64,000 nt of DNA from an uncultured Pseudomonadota bacterium (GTDB lineage: Bacteria > Pseudomonadota > Alphaproteobacteria > RF32 > CAG-239), in contig CASFJL010000005.1 of NCBI GenBank assembly GCA_949295005.1, forward strand, positions 2,589 to 66,588, read 5' to 3'. The notes beneath the pieces are model-generated. The model saw only the letters and a list, made by a program, of their open reading frames with translations, was not told the origin of the DNA and made no database searches. A program made the position numbers and the translations under genes. This document shows, one piece after another, positions 60,004-64,000 of the stretch (position 1 is the first letter of the stretch; each line of letters starts with the position of its first letter).

Positions 60004-60435
60004 ACTAACTGACATTAATGACACTTAGTTGATTTTAACCTTTGACATTCAGATGTTAAAAGTTCGTGACGTTAACGACCATAACTTTTTTTTACAACCT
60101 CATTCCAAACGGGAATTAGGTTAAAATATTAATTTTATGTCATTTTATATATGTAATGTCATGAAAAATAAAAATGTAAAACAAAAAAAATTTTTATCTT
60201 TAAGAAATTTCATCATTAGATTTTGTGAAAAAAACAATTCTATATAGATGTATCATTAACCGTATAACTAAGATCCATCATAATCTGGTTTAACTGTTTT
60301 AGCAGTCGGGATACGAGGAAGCTTTAAACGCGTCCTTTGTCAGAAATATACTTAAAATAAATTATAAATAAATGAATTAAAATAAATAAAAATAATAACT
60401 TAAGTAAAAAAACAAATACTAATTGGATAATAAAA

Positions 60436-61140
60436 ATGAATAAAAACACAATACAAACACTTATAAAAATTATTAAAAGAATGTACTATATCCTCACAAG
60501 TTTATATAATTCACATAGACAAGAAAACACAGGCATAGAGATACCTAAAACAGTTACCGGACTTATAAATGATGAATTTTTGATACAACCTAAACAAAAT
60601 AAAAATACTGAATCCTACGGTCAAAAAATAGATTCTTTTGTAAAATCAATATATTCTGATAAAAAACATTTAACTCCAGATATTATAAGAAAAATACTTA
60701 ATGAATGGATTGCTCAAGAATATAATCCAACTCATTTTTTAACTGTACAACTACCGGATAATCAAAAAACTAAGGATTTATATATTTCCATTAATCATTT
60801 AAGAAATATTATGAAAGCATTTGAAAAGAGTTTAATGAATAATTGGAATAGACATCACTTGCATTTTATAGCTATTGCAGAGAATGGAACGAGTAGTGAT
60901 TGGCATTTTCATATATTATTTAATCAAAGAAACTTTACAGAAGAAGAGTTACAAAATGCTATTCTAAAGGCAAATATAAGAGAACAATTACCTTTTTATA
61001 GTCTTGAGTTAAAACAGATACAAAATAATTTATTGGAAGTTGTTTCATATTGTACTAAAGAAATTAAAATACATTGGAATAAAAAATTTAATTGTAAAAG
61101 TATTATTTTTTCTGAAGACTTATTTAATCTCAATAAATAA
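60436..61140 (+). CDS. HUH-motif replication-initiator-like protein (rolling-circle Rep / inovirus Gp2-YagK-like)
   Basis: Three motifs in Rep order and spacing: HFLTVQLP (motif I-like), DWHFHILF (H-hydrophobic-H) and VSYCTKE (Tyr-x-x-Lys). No database check was possible. Confidence 0.5.
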   Translation: MNKNTIQTLIKIIKRMYYILTSLYNSHRQENTGIEIPKTVTGLINDEFLIQPKQNKNTESYGQKIDSFVKSIYSDKKHLTPDIIRKILNEWIAQEYNPTHFLTVQLPDNQKTKDLYISINHLRNIMKAFEKSLMNNWNRHHLHFIAIAENGTSSDWHFHILFNQRNFTEEELQNAILKANIREQLPFYSLELKQIQNNLLEVVSYCTKEIKIHWNKKFNCKSIIFSEDLFNLNK

Positions 61141-61147
61141 TGAAAAG

Positions 61148-61177
61148 TAACTTCTTGTTATATACAGCAGGAAGTTA
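61148..61177. repeat. inverted repeat of the TAACTTCTTG motif (hairpin 8 nt after the Rep-like stop)
   Basis: TAACTTCTTG (61148..61157) pairs with CAGGAAGTTA (61168..61177), giving 10 bp including one G-U and a 10-nt loop. No T-run follows. Confidence 0.55.
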
Positions 61178-61295
61178 AATTATAAAAAACATCATAATGG
61201 AAATTTAACCGTTTACAAATCCCAAAATACACGACAATACATTTACATAAGATTCTTTTAAATGGTTATAGCACATTGTAAATAGGTATTATTAT

Positions 61296-61326
61296 GTTTA
61301 ACTTCTGCTGAATTTTGCAAAAGTTG
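61296..61326 (+). repeat. 31-bp dispersed repeat, copy B
   Basis: GTTTAACTTCTGCTGAATTTTGCAAAAGTTG. CAGAAGTT at 61353..61360 is the inverted partner of AACTTCTG at 61300..61307. Confidence 0.7.
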
Positions 61327-61410
61327 TATTGTTTTACTTTTGTTGTTGAAAACAGAAGTTGTATTTGTAATAATTCCTATGTAAGCAATAAGTATAATGG
61401 ATATTTAAAC

Positions 61411-62502
61411 ATGGATGAGCCAAATATTTTTGATTTTGCGACCAAAGAACTTTCTCAAGATGCCTTTTTATGTTGGATTTTTTCTTGGGGAAAACAAGAG
61501 TATGAAAATGATTATAGTGAATTACATCAATTTGCAAAACAGATGCTTTTTGATATAACTAAAAGAAGTGATCTAATTCTAGAAGATATCTCTCGCCAAG
61601 AAAAACACATTGATGTTTTACTAAAACTTAAAGATTCTAAAAATCAAAACTACGCAGTAATCATTGAGGATAAAGTTGGAACCCAAGAACATAATGCACA
61701 GATAAATCAATATATTAAAACAATTAAACCTATATATGGAGAAAATATTTATATTGTTTACTTCAAAACAGGATTTACCTCAAACCAAGAAAAAAAGAGG
61801 TTAAAGCAAAGATATCCTCATATTTTCATATATGGTCATGATGATATTTATACTCATCTAACAAATTGTCCTAATCATTATATTTTAAATCAATGGTTTA
61901 AAAAATTTCAAGTTGATTTTAAAAATATCGAAGATTGTAAGAAAAATCTAAATTATAAAGATATATTTTATCAAAAAGATATTTTAAGTATGCAATGTGC
62001 TCTGGATCTTATGACAGATGTCATTATAGAAAAAAGCAATTACAAAAATAGTTATTGGTATATAGTCGACAAAGGAAAAACACCTCATATTTGTCTGTAT
62101 GAAAAATATTCTGAAAATATTGATGGCTATCTTATTCATAATGCTGTTTATTTAATGTTTAGGAAGAAAGAATATAATTTTGTTGTAAAACAGCACATAT
62201 GGTATAAAGAAATTTTAAATGAATCTGAGTATATTGGAAATTCAGGTTCTGGTACTAAATATCGAGTATTAACCAAAAATTATCATCAATTACCAGAAAA
62301 CGTAGTTTACATAAAAGAACAAATAAAAGATAAAATTTGTAGTGCAAATACAGGTTGGAAAATTAAAAGACTTATTGAAAAAGATAATTTGATGATTCTC
62401 CAAAAGAGCTTTCCATATACAAAAAATATTTGTGATATGATTTTACAAGAAACATCAAATATTGAAAAAATAAAATATTGCATTGAAAATTTTCTTGTTT
62501 AG
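61411..62502 (+). CDS. PD-(D/E)XK nuclease superfamily protein with uncharacterised C-terminal half
   Basis: ATG 61411 gives MDEPNIFDFATKELSQDAFLCWIFSW..., then HIDVLLKL...YAVIIEDKVGTQEHNAQINQY (D...E-x-K core plus the Q..Y motif of the PDDEXK_4-like group). The ORF-track TTG start at 61315 lies inside repeat B. Confidence 0.7.
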   Translation: MDEPNIFDFATKELSQDAFLCWIFSWGKQEYENDYSELHQFAKQMLFDITKRSDLILEDISRQEKHIDVLLKLKDSKNQNYAVIIEDKVGTQEHNAQINQYIKTIKPIYGENIYIVYFKTGFTSNQEKKRLKQRYPHIFIYGHDDIYTHLTNCPNHYILNQWFKKFQVDFKNIEDCKKNLNYKDIFYQKDILSMQCALDLMTDVIIEKSNYKNSYWYIVDKGKTPHICLYEKYSENIDGYLIHNAVYLMFRKKEYNFVVKQHIWYKEILNESEYIGNSGSGTKYRVLTKNYHQLPENVVYIKEQIKDKICSANTGWKIKRLIEKDNLMILQKSFPYTKNICDMILQETSNIEKIKYCIENFLV

Positions 62503-62616
62503 ACATATCACATTATTCCATAAACAATCCGTGGATAACCGAATTTAATAAAAGTAAGAAAACCTATACAAAATAAAACAGTTGTATCCATGGGTTAAAA
62601 AATGAGATGATTAAAA

Positions 62617-62646
62617 TAACTTATTGCCATTGAGGTTAAGAAGTTA
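62617..62646. repeat. second, imperfect inverted repeat of the TAACTT(C/A)TT motif
   Basis: TAACTTATT (62617..62625) pairs with AAGAAGTTA (62638..62646) at 8/9 positions, with a 12-nt loop. Confidence 0.45.
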
Positions 62647-62654
62647 AAATATCA

Positions 62655-62691
62655 AAAATAAAAAATCCGACTTGATATTACTCAAATCGGA
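62655..62691 (-). terminator. rho-independent terminator of the DUF3768 operon
   Basis: TCCGACTTGA / TCAAATCGGA stem (one mismatch). On the minus strand it is followed by TTTTTTATTTTT. Confidence 0.65.
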
Positions 62692-62701
62692 CTAAATTGT
62701 T

Positions 62702-63019
62702 TTAATATTCGTGAGATAACATAATCGTCATAACTCGGTTGGTTATATTTGGATTACATGGATTTTCTGAATAAAATCGATAATTTTTATCATAATAATC
62801 AATTTTCCAATAAATTTGTTCTCCTTTATAGTAAAAGCTTCCAAAATCATGCTCGTTGAATGGATCGTTTGCTTTGGTAAAGTTATTAAAACACCTAACT
62901 TGATTTAATATTTCAGCTAATTCACTTTGACTTTTGGCTGATATTCCACAAGATAAGGTAACTCTTCCGCCGTTAAAAGTTCTTCTAAAGTTATCATTTA
63001 ATGTTTTGATATCAGCCAT
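62702..63019 (-). CDS. DUF3768-family protein
   Basis: LNDNFRRTF.GGRV..T.G......L..I...V..F..F...NDP..EHDFG.F......I.WKIDYYD is the pattern I associate with DUF3768 (plasmid/island-borne, function unknown). Confidence 0.65.
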   Translation of the reverse strand: MADIKTLNDNFRRTFNGGRVTLSCGISAKSQSELAEILNQVRCFNNFTKANDPFNEHDFGSFYYKGEQIYWKIDYYDKNYRFYSENPCNPNITNRVMTIMLSHEY

Positions 63020-63288
63020 TAGTTTGCACTTTCAATGAGTTTATTTGATATCACAAACATTTTAAAACGTCTTAAGGCTTGTCTAACTGAAGTATGGCTT
63101 CTTTTACCATAACTTGATTTTTTACCATTAATTTCATATTCAGGTAAAATCAAAGCAATATTTTCAACCAAATGAGACAGAGTATAACCTTCAGTACGAC
63201 ATAATCTTTCAATTCTTCCTTGATAATCAAATGCGGTGGTAGGTTTGTAATTATTGTTTAATAACCAATTTTCAAATTCCTTCAACAT
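63019..63288 (-). CDS. hypothetical protein (89 aa), helical, possibly DNA-binding
   Basis: Its stop overlaps the DUF3768 start (TAATG). The RBS context is AGGAGATTTGCTATG. Confidence 0.55.
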   Translation of the reverse strand: MLKEFENWLLNNNYKPTTAFDYQGRIERLCRTEGYTLSHLVENIALILPEYEINGKKSSYGKRSHTSVRQALRRFKMFVISNKLIESAN

Positions 63289-63299
63289 AGCAAATCTCC

Positions 63300-63428
63300 T
63301 TATAAACGAACAATTTCAGTCATCACAGCGCAGCCTCTTGCTTTTTCAGCTGCACAGGCATCCATTGCTTCGGATAAGGACCAATAAATAGTAGGTAACA
63401 AGATACCATTGACTTTGATTTGATACAT
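63300..63428 (-). CDS. small ORF (42 aa), first gene of the minus-strand operon
   Basis: Not in the ORF track (below the size cut-off). It translates as MYQIKVNGILLPTIYWSLSEAMDACAAEKARGCAVMTEIVRL. The RBS context AGGAGAAATGCTATG is almost identical to that of the next gene. It ends 11 nt before the next ATG. Confidence 0.45.
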   Translation of the reverse strand: MYQIKVNGILLPTIYWSLSEAMDACAAEKARGCAVMTEIVRL

Positions 63429-63588
63429 AGCATTTCTCCTTTCATAAATAGTTGTTTTACTCACTAACTATTTAAATCATGCCGTGTATTTTCTTTATTG
63501 GGAGCCCCTTATTTTCTACTTTTTGGTAACATTTTGCTACGATTTGGACGAGATTACTAATTTACATTGTAATAAAATCATATTTATA

Positions 63589-63720
63589 TTGCAAAAAATG
63601 TATTATATTTGCAAATTTGTGTTGCAAAAAATGTATTACAGCAATAGTTTTATATTGAAAAAAATGTAAAAACATGTGATATTTGTATTGTAAAAAATGT
63701 AGAATGGAGAAATTTCATGA
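63589..63720 (+). repeat. four direct repeats with exact 33-bp phasing (iteron/operator-like array)
   Basis: 17-nt cores at 63589, 63622, 63655 and 63688 read TTGCAAAAAATGTATTA (twice, identical), TTGAAAAAAATGTAAAA and TTGTAAAAAATGTAGAA. The last unit runs into the GGAGA RBS and ATG of the ATPase gene. Confidence 0.8.
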
Positions 63721-64000
63721 GAAGAACTGTCTTTAACAAACTGCTTGATTGGAAAAATAAAAAAAATCGCAAACCTCTGATTTTGCAAGGAGCAAGACAG
63801 GTTGGCAAGACTTGGCTCATGAAAGAATTTGGAAAAAAAGAATATATAAAAACCGCATATATTAACTTTGATAAAAATGAAAACATGCAAAATCTATTTT
63901 CTACAGATATGGATGTTAAACGTCTTTTAATGGGATTATCTTTAGAATCTGATACGCAAATAACTCCAGATGATACATTAATTATTTTTGATGAAATTCA
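63717..64000 (+). CDS. AAA+ ATPase (COG1373/DUF4143-type), N-terminal part, truncated by window edge
   Basis: Not in the ORF track (no stop in window). MRRTVFNKLLDWKNKKNRKPLILQGARQVGKTWL (Walker A) ... TLIIFDEI (Walker B). GGAGA lies 6 nt upstream. Confidence 0.8.
   Translation, partial: MRRTVFNKLLDWKNKKNRKPLILQGARQVGKTWLMKEFGKKEYIKTAYINFDKNENMQNLFSTDMDVKRLLMGLSLESDTQITPDDTLIIFDEI

Larger units (their letters stand above)
58019..64000. mobile_element. tRNA-Leu-associated integrative island, left part (right end beyond window)
   Basis: The integrase lies directly 3' of the tRNA. There is an abrupt drop in gene density and in spot GC, with dense repeats and only orphan or mobile-type ORFs. 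Confidence 0.6.

Noticed and set aside
62530-62538. DnaA-box-like CGTGGATAA (TTATCCACG on the other strand) in the island
   Set aside because: It is a single 8/9 match about 1 kb from the repeat array. One such hit is expected by chance in 64 kb, so it is not evidence for an origin on its own.
63484-63669. ORF-track CDS (61 aa) with the repeated peptide LQKMYY
   Set aside because: The peptide repeat is a by-product of the 33-bp (11-codon) DNA repeats. The ORF has a GTG start, no RBS and extreme low complexity. I interpret the region as non-coding repeats.
63589-63720. The 33-bp periodic repeats as a mini-CRISPR array
   Set aside because: The conserved cores are only 17 nt, and the variable parts are 16 nt and themselves partly related. 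The cores are not palindromic, there are no cas genes, and the array ends in an RBS and start codon. This architecture fits iterons or operators, not repeat-spacer units.
63636-63890. Two overlapping minus-strand ORFs (84 and 78 aa)
   Set aside because: They are antisense to the AAA+ ATPase gene, whose Walker A/B motifs and RBS give a far better coding explanation. They are low-complexity Phe/Ile-rich translations typical of AT-rich antisense frames.

Overview
This is a 64-kb chromosomal segment from an AT-rich bacterium. It is most likely an alphaproteobacterium, based on the FlbT flagellin regulator, an alpha-type flagellin, a short Psd/PssA pair and the yfgM-bamB-der gene order. A class III ribonucleotide reductase (NrdD/NrdG) and an LDH-family enzyme suggest an anaerobic or host-associated lifestyle. 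I call about 60 protein-coding genes and two tRNAs (Thr-CGU, Leu-UAA). I saw no rRNA and no CRISPR array. Positions 1 to 57.8 kb are mostly housekeeping. They hold a sugar aminotransferase, flagellin with FlbT, Uup, TcdA, TatD, Alr, an MscK-type channel, an MsbA-like exporter, Dtd, ZntB, LemA, nrdD-nrdG, Tgt, PhoB, Rpe, Fba, Tkt, a GGDEF protein, BamB, Der and PssA/Psd, interspersed with lineage-specific lipoproteins and orphan ORFs. At 57.9 kb the window enters an accessory region. tRNA-Leu is followed by a tyrosine integrase and a very AT-rich, repeat-dense island that runs off the right edge. The island carries an HUH-motif Rep-like ORF, a stand-alone PD-(D/E)XK nuclease, a translationally coupled 42-aa/89-aa/DUF3768 operon, four 33-bp-phased direct repeats and a partial AAA+ ATPase. 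This island is my best candidate for an undescribed system. Other items worth a second look are a class III RNR whose glycyl-radical loop sits on a separate 70-aa ORF, an Asd/USG-1 paralogue with all three hallmark motifs degenerate, and an orphan VirB8-like gene next to a TolC-like/Ig-domain lipoprotein. All calls come from reading the sequence and translations by eye. No searches or statistics were run, and GC statements are spot counts on single 60-nt lines.
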